From Cytophagales bacterium (GTDB lineage Bacteria > Bacteroidota > Bacteroidia > Cytophagales > JAHDFW01), in the NCBI GenBank assembly GCA_965277185.1, contig CBDICC010000026.1, forward strand, positions 13,079 through 77,078: a stretch of 64,000 nt of DNA, in the 5' to 3' direction. Within the stretch, counting starts at the first letter, position 1. Each line of letters starts with the position of its first letter. The notes under the pieces were generated by a model. The model was not told the origin of the DNA, ran no database searches, and saw only the letters and a program-made list of their open reading frames with translations. A program made the translations under genes and the position numbers. Positions 29,797-41,493 of this stretch are shown here, piece after piece.

Positions 29797-32700
29797 ATGG
29801 CCATAACCATTAAAAAGCCTACAAAAAAACAACATTTGTTTTTGCGTATTATGATCGCGATCGGGATGTTGGCTGCAATTACCTTTTGGATTTGGTATGG
29901 AACAACCATTCGAACTTATTCCACTATCTTATACTTATTTCTGACCTTATCCATTGCCTACAAGGTTTTAAGGGTACTTATTGAATGGTACTACTTATTT
30001 AATATAAACATACCAACAGACAAGCCCATAGATGGTAATTCTGCTTCGGTCGACATGTTGACTACATATTGCCCTGGAGAACCAAAGGAATTAGTAAAAC
30101 GCACTTTACTGGCAATGAAATCAGTTACCTATCCGCATGAGACCATCTTATGTTGTGAAGGTCCAGATGAAGATTTGGAATCTTTTTGCCAATCCAATGA
30201 AATTCAGTTTGTCTTTCGTACTGATCGTACAGATGCTAAAGCTGGTAACATAAACAATGCTTTATCTCAAACCTCAGGGGATTTATGTGTAATACTTGAT
30301 CCTGATCATATTCCATTTCCAGATTTTTTAGACGAAGTTGTACCTCATTTTGACGATCCGGAATTGGGGTTTGTTCAAGTTGTACAAGCGTACCATAATC
30401 ATGACGATAGTTTTGTGGCTGCTGGTGCAGCAGAACAAACGTATTTCTTCTATGGTCCAATGATGATGGGCATGAATGGGCAAGAGACGGTGCAAGCTAT
30501 TGGAGCGAATTGTACCTTTCGTAGAACGGCATTAGATTCAATTAATGGGCATGCTGCTGGCTTAACGGAAGATATGCATACTTCAATGTTGTTGCATGCT
30601 AAAGGATGGAAATCAAAGTATCTTCCAAAGATTGTGGCAAAAGGCCAAGTTCCTTCTTCGTTTTCAGCCTTTATTAAACAGCAAATAAAGTGGAGTCGAG
30701 GATCTTTTGACCTTCTTCGTAATGTCTATCCAACGATATTCTCAAGCATTTCTTTGAAGCAGAAAATCTACTACTTAACCATCTGTATGTACTTTTTGAT
30801 AGGCTTGATCACGTTTATTGACTTTTCCATACCGGTGGCATCACTTATTATGAGTGATTATCCGATAATAACCAATCTTCAACAATTCATTGTAGGAGTG
30901 GGGCCGATGGTTTTAATGACATTTTTGATTCGTGTTTATTCCAAGAAGTGGTTATTAGAAGATCATGAACGTCGATTATTTTGGAAAAGTGGTTTCTTAG
31001 TTATGGCTTCTTGGTATGGGTATTTGGCAGGATTTATATACACTATCTTCAATAAAAAGGTACCGTATATTCCGACAATCAAATCCTATGATCAAGATAA
31101 TGAGTTCAAAGTCCATTTACCAAATATTATTTGGATAGGAATATCATCAACGGCAGTATTTTATGGATTGATCAGAGATTTAACTCCCTTTTCGATTATG
31201 ATGAGCCTATTTGCCTTCTTCAATATTACCGTCTTAACTTGGGTAATTGTTTCTTCACAAGGAAAATGGATGTCCCATACCAAGAATGGATTATTTAATA
31301 GTCTAAGAAGCTTATTCACACTTTTTAATCAATTAATAGTGCGAGCTATTTCTCCACTTGCCCTCTTATTATCATTGTTCTGCTTGGGTTATTTGGGATA
31401 TCATTCCTTTATTCATTCCAACTATGATCCATATTCAAATGAACTTAATGAATATGATTTTCGATCTGCAACTCCAAAAACGAATCAATTTCTTACAGGA
31501 ATTTATCATTCGTACTCTGACACTGTAAACCGAACTCAATCAATTGAAAATGGCAATTTAGCACCATTTTATGTTGCTTGGGGCGATGCGGATAGTCTAT
31601 ATCCTAGACTACAATTGGAAAAAGCAGTTGAAGAGGGAATGATTCCAATGATTACTTGGGAACCTTGGGCGAGTACATTTGAGAAGTATGTGGATGATAC
31701 ACTGTTAAACGCGGAGCAAGGCATATTTGAAGCTATAATAGAAGGCCGATTTGATTTTTATTTAGATCATTTTTCTAATCGCCTTAATGAACTTAAAGGT
31801 CCTGTTTTTATTCGTTTTGCCCATGAAATGGGGAATCCTCAATATCCATGGAGCAAATCCTCAGACTCGGATTATATTTTAGCATGGCAATACGTTCATA
31901 CTTATTTGGCGAAGAAGAATCCAGATCAACTCATTTGGGTATGGAATCCCTGGAATGATCATTTAAGTCATTTTCCCGGAAAAGAATACGTGGATTGGGT
32001 AGGATATACTATGCTGAATTATGGTGATATAAAAGATGTTTCGGAGTCAAAAGAATTCATAGAAATGTATCAGCGCTATATTTATTTAAATCAAAAACTT
32101 AAAAAGCCTGTGATGTTGGCCGAGTTTGGATCAACCTCCTTTGGGGTGAATAAAACCAACTGGATTTCGAGCGCTTGTACTGATATAGCTACTTATTACC
32201 CTGAAATTGCAGCTGTGGTATTTTTCAATTCAAGTAACGATAAATATTGGCCAAAAGGAGTGGAGACCACTAAAACCATAGATTGGTCCATTTCTCAAAA
32301 AACCATAAAAGAACATCAGCTTCGTTTAAATCAGTCAAAAGAGCTACAGCCTGCAATTAGTGATATGATACGAACACAACACCCTGCCTTTAGCATGGAT
32401 TCCTCTAGTTCAGATTATTCTAGTATAGAATACAACGTAGATGACAACTGGCGCGTAGGTAACAGACCTTTAACCAGAAAACAGTTAGTTACTGATTTTC
32501 AACTATTAAAATCCCATGGGTACAATTCAATTTTTCGTAAGAAAGTGGATCTCTATTCCTACAACGTATATCAAATTGCTTCTGAAACGGATTTAGTAGT
32601 TGATCAAGGCTTTGATCTTAGCCCTTCTATTGATTATGCCAGTGATAATGTTAAAAAGGATTCTATTCGAAATGCGATTTTGTCTTTTGTTCAAGCTCAT

Positions 32701-33255
32701 AAAACAGATCAAGAAATCCGAAGTTGGGTAATGAATTTCAATACATATGGTAACTTAAAACATTATTTTGCCAAACCTTATTTGTACCAAGTACAATCCG
32801 CATATAACGTATTTATTTCCGAATTAAAAAAGGAAATATTGGAGATTGACTCAAATTTTAATATTCTACTATTCAATTACATATGTACATCAACCTATAG
32901 TGATTCTTTCAATGGGTATCAACAATCATTAGGGTATACTGATTATTACAATAATCGACGATTAAAAGAACAAAATAGCCCTTTGTTTAAAATACTAAAT
33001 TCTAATAATCCTTATTTGGAAGGAATGAATTATGAATTTACTGCACACTCTGTTTCTGAGGTACCAGAAAAGTCGTTTCAAAGGTTTGAATGGGTCCTGT
33101 ATGATGATGGAATCTTTGCTTTATACCGAAAAACGGGGCAAACCGTAAACATTTATATTCCAAAGGGAGTTCGAGGAAACTTGAAACTAAGATTAAACGT
33201 ATATACAGACGATCAAATGGTTTATACGGTGTTCAAAAGCTTAAATTTGGAGTAG
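29797..33255 (+). CDS. cellulose-synthase-like GT2 fused to a GH26 domain and a further C-terminal TIM-barrel-like domain
   Basis: KAGNIN, DPDH, TED, QQIKW plus TM helices; MITWEPW, IRFAHEMGNPQYPW, WVWNP, YVDWVG, KPVMLAEFG. Start moved to ATG 29797. Confidence 0.9.
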   Translation: MAITIKKPTKKQHLFLRIMIAIGMLAAITFWIWYGTTIRTYSTILYLFLTLSIAYKVLRVLIEWYYLFNINIPTDKPIDGNSASVDMLTTYCPGEPKELVKRTLLAMKSVTYPHETILCCEGPDEDLESFCQSNEIQFVFRTDRTDAKAGNINNALSQTSGDLCVILDPDHIPFPDFLDEVVPHFDDPELGFVQVVQAYHNHDDSFVAAGAAEQTYFFYGPMMMGMNGQETVQAIGANCTFRRTALDSINGHAAGLTEDMHTSMLLHAKGWKSKYLPKIVAKGQVPSSFSAFIKQQIKWSRGSFDLLRNVYPTIFSSISLKQKIYYLTICMYFLIGLITFIDFSIPVASLIMSDYPIITNLQQFIVGVGPMVLMTFLIRVYSKKWLLEDHERRLFWKSGFLVMASWYGYLAGFIYTIFNKKVPYIPTIKSYDQDNEFKVHLPNIIWIGISSTAVFYGLIRDLTPFSIMMSLFAFFNITVLTWVIVSSQGKWMSHTKNGLFNSLRSLFTLFNQLIVRAISPLALLLSLFCLGYLGYHSFIHSNYDPYSNELNEYDFRSATPKTNQFLTGIYHSYSDTVNRTQSIENGNLAPFYVAWGDADSLYPRLQLEKAVEEGMIPMITWEPWASTFEKYVDDTLLNAEQGIFEAIIEGRFDFYLDHFSNRLNELKGPVFIRFAHEMGNPQYPWSKSSDSDYILAWQYVHTYLAKKNPDQLIWVWNPWNDHLSHFPGKEYVDWVGYTMLNYGDIKDVSESKEFIEMYQRYIYLNQKLKKPVMLAEFGSTSFGVNKTNWISSACTDIATYYPEIAAVVFFNSSNDKYWPKGVETTKTIDWSISQKTIKEHQLRLNQSKELQPAISDMIRTQHPAFSMDSSSSDYSSIEYNVDDNWRVGNRPLTRKQLVTDFQLLKSHGYNSIFRKKVDLYSYNVYQIASETDLVVDQGFDLSPSIDYASDNVKKDSIRNAILSFVQAHKTDQEIRSWVMNFNTYGNLKHYFAKPYLYQVQSAYNVFISELKKEILEIDSNFNILLFNYICTSTYSDSFNGYQQSLGYTDYYNNRRLKEQNSPLFKILNSNNPYLEGMNYEFTAHSVSEVPEKSFQRFEWVLYDDGIFALYRKTGQTVNIYIPKGVRGNLKLRLNVYTDDQMVYTVFKSLNLE

Positions 33256-33319
33256 CATCTTAAATTGCTAATATTCAATCAGGTAGGTTTACGGGTAGAA
33301 TAGATCTAGATAATGTATC

Positions 33320-34081
33320 TTAAAAATCCATAGAGAAGCCGTCATAGGCTAAAAACACATTCGATGGTAGTTTGGCATCTATTTTAGCATGTTGACCTAA
33401 ATAATGACTTATATGAGTAAAATAAGTTTTCTTTGGTTTTAACTCCTTTACCAATTCTAGCGCTTCTTCTAAGTTGTAATGAGAAATATGTTTATCGATT
33501 CTAAGGGCATTAAGAATGAGCACGTCTAAATTTTGGAGTTTCTTCTTTTCCTCATCACTTATAAAATTGGCATCGGTTACATAGGCTAAGTCTTTAATTC
33601 TAAAGGCCGTAACCGGAAGTTTATGGTGCATCACTTCTATGGGATGAATTTTGTTTTTTCCAATTGAAAATGGCTCTAACGTTATTGGGTTGGCTACAAT
33701 TCGAGGGATTCCTGGGTAGGGGTTATCCGCGAAAATATAATGATATTCTGATTTTATTTGCTTCAGCACCCGTTCCGTTGCATAAATGGGCATATCCATT
33801 TCATACTTAAAATTGTATGCTCTCACATCATCTAAGCCCGCTATGTGGTCTTTATGTTCGTGTGTGAATAGAACGGCATCGACTTTTTGAATTTGATTAA
33901 CCAACATTTGTTGGCGAAAATCAGGACCAGTATCTATTACCAGCTTTAAATCTTCCAACTCGATGTATACGGACGAACGTAATCGTTTATCTCTAAAATC
34001 AAGGGATTTACACACATCGCAATCACATGCAATGACAGGTACTCCCTGTGACGTTCCTGTACCTAAAAAGGTTAACTTCAT
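33320..34081 (-). CDS. MBL-fold metallo-hydrolase (PhnP/YycJ-like)
   Basis: LGTGTSQGVP, IDTGPDFRQQ, THEHKDHIAGLDD, THISH, LAYDG. Confidence 0.93.
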   Translation of the reverse strand: MKLTFLGTGTSQGVPVIACDCDVCKSLDFRDKRLRSSVYIELEDLKLVIDTGPDFRQQMLVNQIQKVDAVLFTHEHKDHIAGLDDVRAYNFKYEMDMPIYATERVLKQIKSEYHYIFADNPYPGIPRIVANPITLEPFSIGKNKIHPIEVMHHKLPVTAFRIKDLAYVTDANFISDEEKKKLQNLDVLILNALRIDKHISHYNLEEALELVKELKPKKTYFTHISHYLGQHAKIDAKLPSNVFLAYDGFSMDF

Positions 34082-34109
34082 GTTATGTCAGATCTAATCT
34101 AATATCGAA

Positions 34110-34385
34110 CTAAAGCGATAATTTTGTTTGCTGAATTTGAGAAAAAATCTCTTGGCTCTTCTCAGTGAAATTGGTCGGATCAAGTTGAACCGTTTTAATT
34201 AAATCTACCAAACAGGTTATTTTACCTTCCGTAGTGAAATATTTATTTACAATAATGATCTTTTGATCCTTCAGTAGGCAAAATCCAGCTTTAAAATTCC
34301 CCTTTTCATAACGCAATACATAATCAGATTCGGCAAATATTGATTCCAGTTTGGTTAGAAACGATTTTGTATATTTTACGGACAT
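34110..34385 (-). CDS. conserved hypothetical protein
   Basis: LRYEKGNFKAGFCLL...IIVNKY; compact and co-oriented with its neighbours. Confidence 0.75.
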   Translation of the reverse strand: MSVKYTKSFLTKLESIFAESDYVLRYEKGNFKAGFCLLKDQKIIIVNKYFTTEGKITCLVDLIKTVQLDPTNFTEKSQEIFSQIQQTKLSL

Positions 34386-34635
34386 GACTTCAAATTACGG
34401 ATCAAATAGGAGCTAGATAAATATAAATATTCTTTTTTAAGGAAGTAGATTGCTCATTCAGAAAGTTGAATACCAAATAGTTAAACTAAAGAAGGAGTGA
34501 AGCTATGTTGATATAAATTCAGAAGCTACTTCCGGTATTAATTAAGTAGATATAAACAACAAATTTAGATCTGTTGAAACTATATAGGAAGGATTAATCT
34601 TTATTTGATATGGTTAGTTAATGGCTTAAAGAAAC

Positions 34636-35004
34636 CTAAACAGTCCATTTTTTAACGGTTTCAACTAACAAATCAAAATCAAGTGGTTTTTGTAAATAGG
34701 CATTAATTCCAACCTCTTCAAAATCCTTTTTAGAATAATTTTGGGCATTACCTGTAATTACAATAATTGGTGTGCTGGCTTTTGCAGAATCCGATAACGC
34801 TCTAATGTTACGTGTGCATTCCATCCCGTCCATTACAGGCATGTTAATATCCATTAAAATAGCATCATATGCATCGGAATCCAACATATCCAAGACAACC
34901 TGACCATTCTTAGCATTTGAAACTTCATAGTTCTGAAACTTCAATATTTTAGTCGTTAGGTTTTGAATTACTGAACTATCCTCCGCTATTAGTATTTTCT
35001 TCAT
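34636..35004 (-). CDS. single-domain response regulator (CheY-like)
   Basis: ILIAEDS, ILMDINMPVMDG, VITG, QKP. Confidence 0.95.
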   Translation of the reverse strand: MKKILIAEDSSVIQNLTTKILKFQNYEVSNAKNGQVVLDMLDSDAYDAILMDINMPVMDGMECTRNIRALSDSAKASTPIIVITGNAQNYSKKDFEEVGINAYLQKPLDFDLLVETVKKWTV

Positions 35005-35013
35005 TGTACTAAA

Positions 35014-38000
35014 TTAATAATTATTATTAATATAATCTCGATACTTGAGCTTAAAGTTAGCAAATTCCAATTGTATTTTTTTGATTTTTGATTTTAAATT
35101 TTGCGTAGAGTTTGTTTTTAACTCCTTTTCAAGTACTTGCGCCATTTCAGAGATTAACGTCAAACCAATTGTTCCTGCCGCTCCTTTAATTGTATGAAAA
35201 TGACTTGATAATATCTCGTATTTTTTTTCTTTCATTGCCGCTTCCGATTCCATCAACAATCGATCTGTTTCCACGTCAAATTCGGCATAAACGTCCAGAA
35301 TCATCTCTTTCCCTCCAATATCAATCAATTGTTGCACTACTTTCGAATTGAAACGGAGTGAATCATCTTGCGCTTCATCCTTAGAAATCACTTTTTCAGG
35401 AATGAAATTATGTTGATTTTTATCAAGTTGTTCTGGAATTTCGCTAAACCAATTCCGTAAACTTAATTCTATTTCACTAATGGTAATTGGTTTGGGTACG
35501 TATCCGTCAAATCCTTCATTTAAGAATCGATCTTTATCCCCCTTCATTGCGTAAGCAGTCATTGCAATGATCGGAATCTTGTTATATGATTTGCTTTTCC
35601 TAATTTTATTCATCGCGGTAACTCCATCCATCACAGGCATTTGAATATCCATAAAAATAATATCAAACGTATGAGTCTCCGTTTTCTCAATTGCACTTTT
35701 CCCATCCACTGCCATAATTACTTGACATCCAAAAGATTCTAGAATTTTTGTTCCCACTTTCAAATTGGTCGAATTATCATCGACAAGCAATACATTGATC
35801 CCCGTAAAATTTGCTTTCTCATGCATCGGAGAGAGGTAGGATAGGGTGTTCTGAGGACTCAATTTGGTGTCTTCTACATTCATTGTAAACCAGAATGTAC
35901 TTCCCATACCGACTTTAGATTCTACGCCAATCGTGCCTCCCATTAGTTCGCACAATTGTTTTGCTATAGCCAACCCAAGACCGGTTCCTTTATGCTTCTT
36001 GGTTCGAGTACTATCGAGTTGTGAGAATTGTTTAAACAGGTTTTCTTTATCCACCTCTCTAATTCCAACTCCGGTATCTATTACTTTTAGCCGAAGCTCT
36101 TTACGCTTATTTTTATTTTTTAATAATTCTAACTGAATTACGACCGAACCAATACTTGTAAATTTAATTGCGTTAGAGGCCAAATTAGACAATATCTGAA
36201 TTAGTCTGGTTTCATCATATAGAAGTGTACCGGGTAGTTTTTCTGGTAAATCCAGTACTAGTTTAATTTTCTTGTTCTTCGCCTGGGTATCAAATAGATT
36301 GTATATTTTATCTAATGTGATTTTAATATCATTGGCTTCTGGATAGATTTTAAATTTTCCACTTTCGATTTTTGATAAATCCAATATGTCATTAAGAATA
36401 TTCAACAAAACAAGGGAAGATTTTTTAATCGTATCGGCATAATCATGTTGATCTTGATTTAGTTGAGAATGCATCAGTAATTCACTGGTTCCAATGATTC
36501 CATTCATTGGCGTACGAAGTTCATGGCTCATATTTGCCAAAAATAATTCCTTTACTCTTAATGATTCCTCCGCTAAGTCTCTCGCTTGAATCAATTCTTG
36601 TTCTGCTTTCTTTCGATCCGTAATATCTTTGCTGTTCGATGCTAAACCGATTGGCACTCCATCTTCATCATATACTAACTGAACAGAAAGTAATGCATCA
36701 AAAATCTGACCTTTTTTCCGCTTCTGTTTCAATTCTCCAGACCATCCGCCTTTGGTCATAATGGCTTCCACGATTTCCTCTGTGTGCAAGGTCAGACGAC
36801 TGTTAAATACGTCCACATTCATTCCAATCAATTCGTTTCTACGGTAGCCGTACATCAAATTGGCAGATTCGTTTACAAATTGAATGTCACCTTGCATATC
36901 TGCAAACACAACTGCTTCCCAGTTGTTTTGAATGATATTTTCGAAGAGTTTAAGTCCTTTTTCGGATTCTTTTAATCGGGTAATATCCCTGATCATCCCT
37001 TCAATGGCAATGGCCTTTCCATGTTCGTCTCTCAATAAATGGGCATTCACATGGACGTGTATAATTGATTTATCTTTTCTCCAAAAGGTCGCGTCGAAGT
37101 TATCTACAGACTTATTTTCTGCAATTTGACGTTCAAATTCTCTTATGTCTTTTGAATCTACGTAAATGGATCTTGAATCCATCCCAACGATTTCCGATAC
37201 ATCATATCCTAAAACCTCTTTTACGGACGGACTGATCATCGTGACAACGCCTACTAAATCAATTCTAAAAAACAAATCATGCAATGATTCAAAAATAGAT
37301 CTGAATTCCTTCTCACTTTGTAACACTTTTAATTGTGCTTTTTTGATTTGAGTAATATCACGAATTACCCCTTCAGTACCGGTGATTACATGCTGATCAT
37401 TTTTAATGATTTTGGCATTGATTAATACGTCTAATACGTCTCCACTTTTATGTTTGACTCGTGTTTCAAAGTTTTCTACAAACGAATGATCCATCAACAA
37501 TGCTAGAAGTCCCTCTCGATCAGATGGGTTCGCATATAGTTCTTGCACCTTACCATGCTGAATTTCTTCAGTAGTGTATCCAAATATTTTATAACAAGAA
37601 GGGGATACTAAATTAATGTCACCACTTATGGATGTTTGATAATAAATGTCTTGAAAGGACTCAAAAATACTTCGAAATTTAGTTTCATTCGCTTGTAATT
37701 TAGCTTCTGTTTGTACTTTATTAATTGCTTGAGCTATTTGATTAGAAATAAATCTTAAAGTTTGTAAATCGGATTTCTTCAAGTTATGCGAAGATTGATA
37801 TTCCTGCAACGCAATTATTCCAATTACTTTATCATCGACAATCAGTGGAGCTCCCATCCAAACTTCAGGTATAATACCCACAATTTGAACTTGCTCCTTT
37901 GATGAAAAGGTCATGATTTTATCCTTCGTCAAATATGCCTCTTTTTTACTACTAATAATGTATTCTGTAAGACCACGATTGAACTTACGGTCCATTATTG

Positions 38001-41000
38001 TTACTATTTCCTCCTTATTTTCATCTCTATAGAAAGGAAAAGATATCTTCTTTCCATCGTCATTAATTAAAGCAATATAAAAATTATTTACAGGAAGGAT
38101 CTTCTTTAACTCCATATGGATTGCCTCATATAAGTCATCCAAGGTTTTTGCTCGTACGATGGCTCCTGAGATATTGTTGTAAACTTCTTTGGTAAGTTCC
38201 GCTTTTTTATCCTTCGTAACGTCCAAAAATATACTTCTGGTAGTTACAATCGTATCTAATTGATGGTTTGAATTAGAACTTCCTTTCAAGTAAACGACGT
38301 CTCCTTGCTTTGTCATAAATCTGGTCTGTAAATTGACTGATTTCCCTTTGCCGTCCCAAACCTCTTGCATCATTTTTTTACAATGATCTACTTCATCAGG
38401 ATGAATAACATCAAATACATTAAGTTCACGTATTTCTAGTTTGGAATAACCAAATGTATCCAACCATGCTTTGTTGACAAATATGAAATTCCCATCTGGA
38501 TCCACGCTTTGCATGATTTCATTGGCATTGTCAAACAGATCTTGTAATCGATTCTTACTTTCGATTAGTTCATTCAACACCAATTTCTTAGAAGTAATAT
38601 CTTCTCCAATGCTTGTAACACCTACAATTTTATTTTTGTTGTCATATACAAAGATGTTACTCCAATTAAACAATCGTACATCGCCATGTTTGGTTATTAC
38701 ACTTGTTTCTAGTTGAGTATCTAAGTTTTGAGACCGAAGGGCATTATCGTATTCTTTTACTCTTAGTTTTCGCTCGTCTTCTGGTAAAAAAAGGTCGAAG
38801 TAATTATGACCTATGATTTGGTTGGCCTCATAACCTGTTTTTCTAATAAAGTGATTGTTACAATAAACCATTTGACCTTCCGCATTGATTGAAATAGCAG
38901 AGAGACTTATATTATCAAGCGTTTTTCTAAACAGTAATTCCGATTCTTCTTTCGCTTTTGCCTCCTGAGCCATTTGTTCCGCTTTCTTACGCTGCGTAAT
39001 GTCCAAACTAGCGGTTATGTATCCTTTAAATTTATTGTTCTTGTAATCTAAATTTGGAATCCCTGTTTCCAATACCCAACCGAAAGTTCCATCTGGTCTT
39101 TGTAACCTATAGGATATTTCGTATTTGAGTTGTTTTTGAAGGGCATGATCAAACGTTTGTTCTACTAATTCAATATCCGCTTTGTGAATTTGAGACATCC
39201 ATTTTGTTCCAGATGAATTTTTAAAAGGTTTTCCAGTATAGTTGTACCATTGTTTACTGAAAAAATAACTTTTATTATTTGAATTCGTCATTCGAATCAA
39301 AACAGGGGAGTTATCCGCGATTGATTTGAACTTTGTTTCACTTTCTAAAATCGCATTTTCGGATTTTATACGTTCAGTAATATCTCGAACAATTGCTTGA
39401 ATGTAAATCTTCCCCCTCAGTTCGAAGGTATTTAAACTTACTTCCGCATCAAATGGGGTACCACGTTTTGTAATATGTTTCCAGTAAAAGAATTGTGGTT
39501 CTCCTTCCAAGGCAGCTCCAATCTTGTTCATTGCCTTTTCGTCTGACTTTTGTCTGTCAGGTTGATATTTTGGCGAAAACTCGTACGGAGGATGACCGAT
39601 TATATCTTCTCGCTTGCACTTAAACATTTCTAATGTTTTCTCGTTGCAATCAATAAACATATCCTGATCCATGATGAAAATAGCATCATTGGCTGTGTCG
39701 AAAAGCATTCTAAACTTTTCCTCATTTTCCATCAATCCTTGCTCATTCTTTTTTCGTTGAGAAATATCACGGCTAATCGCAATGATCACTTCTTGCCCAA
39801 AAAATTCTCCTTTTCGGAAACTAACTTCTTTTGGAAAGACCTCTCCATCTTTCTTCTGAGCCCACCATTCAAATGAAACGGAGTCACCTTTTTTAGCTCG
39901 TTTAAAGTTTTTCTTAAACAGCTTCATGTCATTTCGACCTGGTACTCCAAAAACGGCTGGCGTTTTACCCAAAATAAATTCCTTTGGGTATTTATATGTT
40001 TCTATTACCAATTGGTTTACATCAATGATTTTGCCTTCCATGTTCTGGATGTAAATCATTTCAGCACTCTTATTGAATAAATCCCTAAATGTTTTTTCAC
40101 TGTTAACCAGATTGGATTCTTGTTCAATTCGTTTGGTTATATCTCTAGAGACTCCAAACTGCAGTAAGAATTTTTTATCCTCAGAGAGTTTATTTTGAAA
40201 TCGATCTTGAAGCCATATGTACTCTTCAGATCCCTTCTTTTTCACCCGATACTCTCTAATTCCTTTCCCTTTTGGATCTAACAACTCACTTTGATTTCCC
40301 AATTTGACCATATCCTTAGGATGTAGGATACTTTGAAATAATTTTTGATCTTTTAATTCTTCAGGGGAATACCCGGTTATTTTCTCAATACTTTTACTGA
40401 TAAACAACGTTTCTCTTATTGCAGGGGCCTTTATATCATACTTTACTTTGTAAATAACTTCATTAATAGATTCCAGTATTTCTGTTTTCTCCGTTTCGCT
40501 TTTTTCCAATGCAGCTCTGATTCCATATTGATCTGTGAGTTCCAATAGATTGACAACCAATACTTCTTCGCCGAAATAATGCCCTATACGAAGTTTCATT
40601 AAGTAATAATGAATAGACTTATCCTCTTCGGTCGTGGTAATTTCAAAACTGATTGGAGTACGGTTAGTCCATAGCTGGGTAAGACGTTTATCTAAACTTT
40701 TGCGATCTAATGCCCCAGCAAAGTCAAATAGTTCACCTTTCCGACCGATAAAATTTGATTTTTCTATTCCAAATCGATCTAATACAGCTTGGTTCACATT
40801 TTTATAAACCCCTTTTTGATCAAAAATGAACATTAGATCCGAACCGCTATCAAAAAGTTCGTAATATGTTTGCTCAGATTGTTCTAATTTTTTAGTCGCA
40901 ATAAATTCCGCAGTCACGTCATTTGCAACCACTAAAGCATACTTTTTGGATACAAGATGGCTTCTATATTTCAGAAGTACCATTTGTGAAGATTTAGCTT

Positions 41001-41376
41001 GTTTTACTTTAAAGTATCCTTGTGAAAATCCTTCTTCCTTTAATTCTTTTAAATAATCGTTGTATTCTTCTTGTCTCTTTTCATCAAAAAAGTTACCTAA
41101 TTCTCCGGCGGTTTGATCCGCTCCATGTTTCTGGATTAAAAGCTGTGAAGCCTTATTTAGCGCTAGAATTTTTCCTTTTTCATCATGAATGCACATAAAG
41201 TCGGTTGAATACTCAATGATGGTATCCAATAAACCTGGTTCATCAATATATTCCAAAAAAGAATCTGTGTATGCTTTACTTAAGCCTTTTAAGCGGCTGT
41301 TCTCTTGCTTTACAGATGCTAGTTCCTTTAATAATTCTTCCTTTGTCTTATTTGAATCACTCATTAATACTCCCAA
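35014..41376 (-). CDS. cytoplasmic hybrid histidine kinase: about 11 PAS, GAF, HisKA, HATPase, REC and Hpt domains
   Basis: Repeated PAS/PAC motifs (RDITER, LDITQRK); [15 protein letters not shown]; GTGLGLAI; [11 protein letters not shown]; HTIKGAAG. Confidence 0.95.
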   Translation of the reverse strand: MGVLMSDSNKTKEELLKELASVKQENSRLKGLSKAYTDSFLEYIDEPGLLDTIIEYSTDFMCIHDEKGKILALNKASQLLIQKHGADQTAGELGNFFDEKRQEEYNDYLKELKEEGFSQGYFKVKQAKSSQMVLLKYRSHLVSKKYALVVANDVTAEFIATKKLEQSEQTYYELFDSGSDLMFIFDQKGVYKNVNQAVLDRFGIEKSNFIGRKGELFDFAGALDRKSLDKRLTQLWTNRTPISFEITTTEEDKSIHYYLMKLRIGHYFGEEVLVVNLLELTDQYGIRAALEKSETEKTEILESINEVIYKVKYDIKAPAIRETLFISKSIEKITGYSPEELKDQKLFQSILHPKDMVKLGNQSELLDPKGKGIREYRVKKKGSEEYIWLQDRFQNKLSEDKKFLLQFGVSRDITKRIEQESNLVNSEKTFRDLFNKSAEMIYIQNMEGKIIDVNQLVIETYKYPKEFILGKTPAVFGVPGRNDMKLFKKNFKRAKKGDSVSFEWWAQKKDGEVFPKEVSFRKGEFFGQEVIIAISRDISQRKKNEQGLMENEEKFRMLFDTANDAIFIMDQDMFIDCNEKTLEMFKCKREDIIGHPPYEFSPKYQPDRQKSDEKAMNKIGAALEGEPQFFYWKHITKRGTPFDAEVSLNTFELRGKIYIQAIVRDITERIKSENAILESETKFKSIADNSPVLIRMTNSNNKSYFFSKQWYNYTGKPFKNSSGTKWMSQIHKADIELVEQTFDHALQKQLKYEISYRLQRPDGTFGWVLETGIPNLDYKNNKFKGYITASLDITQRKKAEQMAQEAKAKEESELLFRKTLDNISLSAISINAEGQMVYCNNHFIRKTGYEANQIIGHNYFDLFLPEDERKLRVKEYDNALRSQNLDTQLETSVITKHGDVRLFNWSNIFVYDNKNKIVGVTSIGEDITSKKLVLNELIESKNRLQDLFDNANEIMQSVDPDGNFIFVNKAWLDTFGYSKLEIRELNVFDVIHPDEVDHCKKMMQEVWDGKGKSVNLQTRFMTKQGDVVYLKGSSNSNHQLDTIVTTRSIFLDVTKDKKAELTKEVYNNISGAIVRAKTLDDLYEAIHMELKKILPVNNFYIALINDDGKKISFPFYRDENKEEIVTIMDRKFNRGLTEYIISSKKEAYLTKDKIMTFSSKEQVQIVGIIPEVWMGAPLIVDDKVIGIIALQEYQSSHNLKKSDLQTLRFISNQIAQAINKVQTEAKLQANETKFRSIFESFQDIYYQTSISGDINLVSPSCYKIFGYTTEEIQHGKVQELYANPSDREGLLALLMDHSFVENFETRVKHKSGDVLDVLINAKIIKNDQHVITGTEGVIRDITQIKKAQLKVLQSEKEFRSIFESLHDLFFRIDLVGVVTMISPSVKEVLGYDVSEIVGMDSRSIYVDSKDIREFERQIAENKSVDNFDATFWRKDKSIIHVHVNAHLLRDEHGKAIAIEGMIRDITRLKESEKGLKLFENIIQNNWEAVVFADMQGDIQFVNESANLMYGYRRNELIGMNVDVFNSRLTLHTEEIVEAIMTKGGWSGELKQKRKKGQIFDALLSVQLVYDEDGVPIGLASNSKDITDRKKAEQELIQARDLAEESLRVKELFLANMSHELRTPMNGIIGTSELLMHSQLNQDQHDYADTIKKSSLVLLNILNDILDLSKIESGKFKIYPEANDIKITLDKIYNLFDTQAKNKKIKLVLDLPEKLPGTLLYDETRLIQILSNLASNAIKFTSIGSVVIQLELLKNKNKRKELRLKVIDTGVGIREVDKENLFKQFSQLDSTRTKKHKGTGLGLAIAKQLCELMGGTIGVESKVGMGSTFWFTMNVEDTKLSPQNTLSYLSPMHEKANFTGINVLLVDDNSTNLKVGTKILESFGCQVIMAVDGKSAIEKTETHTFDIIFMDIQMPVMDGVTAMNKIRKSKSYNKIPIIAMTAYAMKGDKDRFLNEGFDGYVPKPITISEIELSLRNWFSEIPEQLDKNQHNFIPEKVISKDEAQDDSLRFNSKVVQQLIDIGGKEMILDVYAEFDVETDRLLMESEAAMKEKKYEILSSHFHTIKGAAGTIGLTLISEMAQVLEKELKTNSTQNLKSKIKKIQLEFANFKLKYRDYINNNY

Positions 41377-41493
41377 CTAACTATACCTATCTAAATACTA
41401 CTATAAGCAAATAAACAAACTCACTGTTAAAGCTGTTTTCTCCTTTATTTTGTAGTCCATCAATTGATGAAATCCTAGACTTAAAGGTATAAA

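Noticed and set aside
29733-29835. Apparent head-to-head overlap of the GH2-like and GT2 genes
   Set aside because: Resolved by downstream starts (TTG 29733 with a lipobox; ATG 29797)
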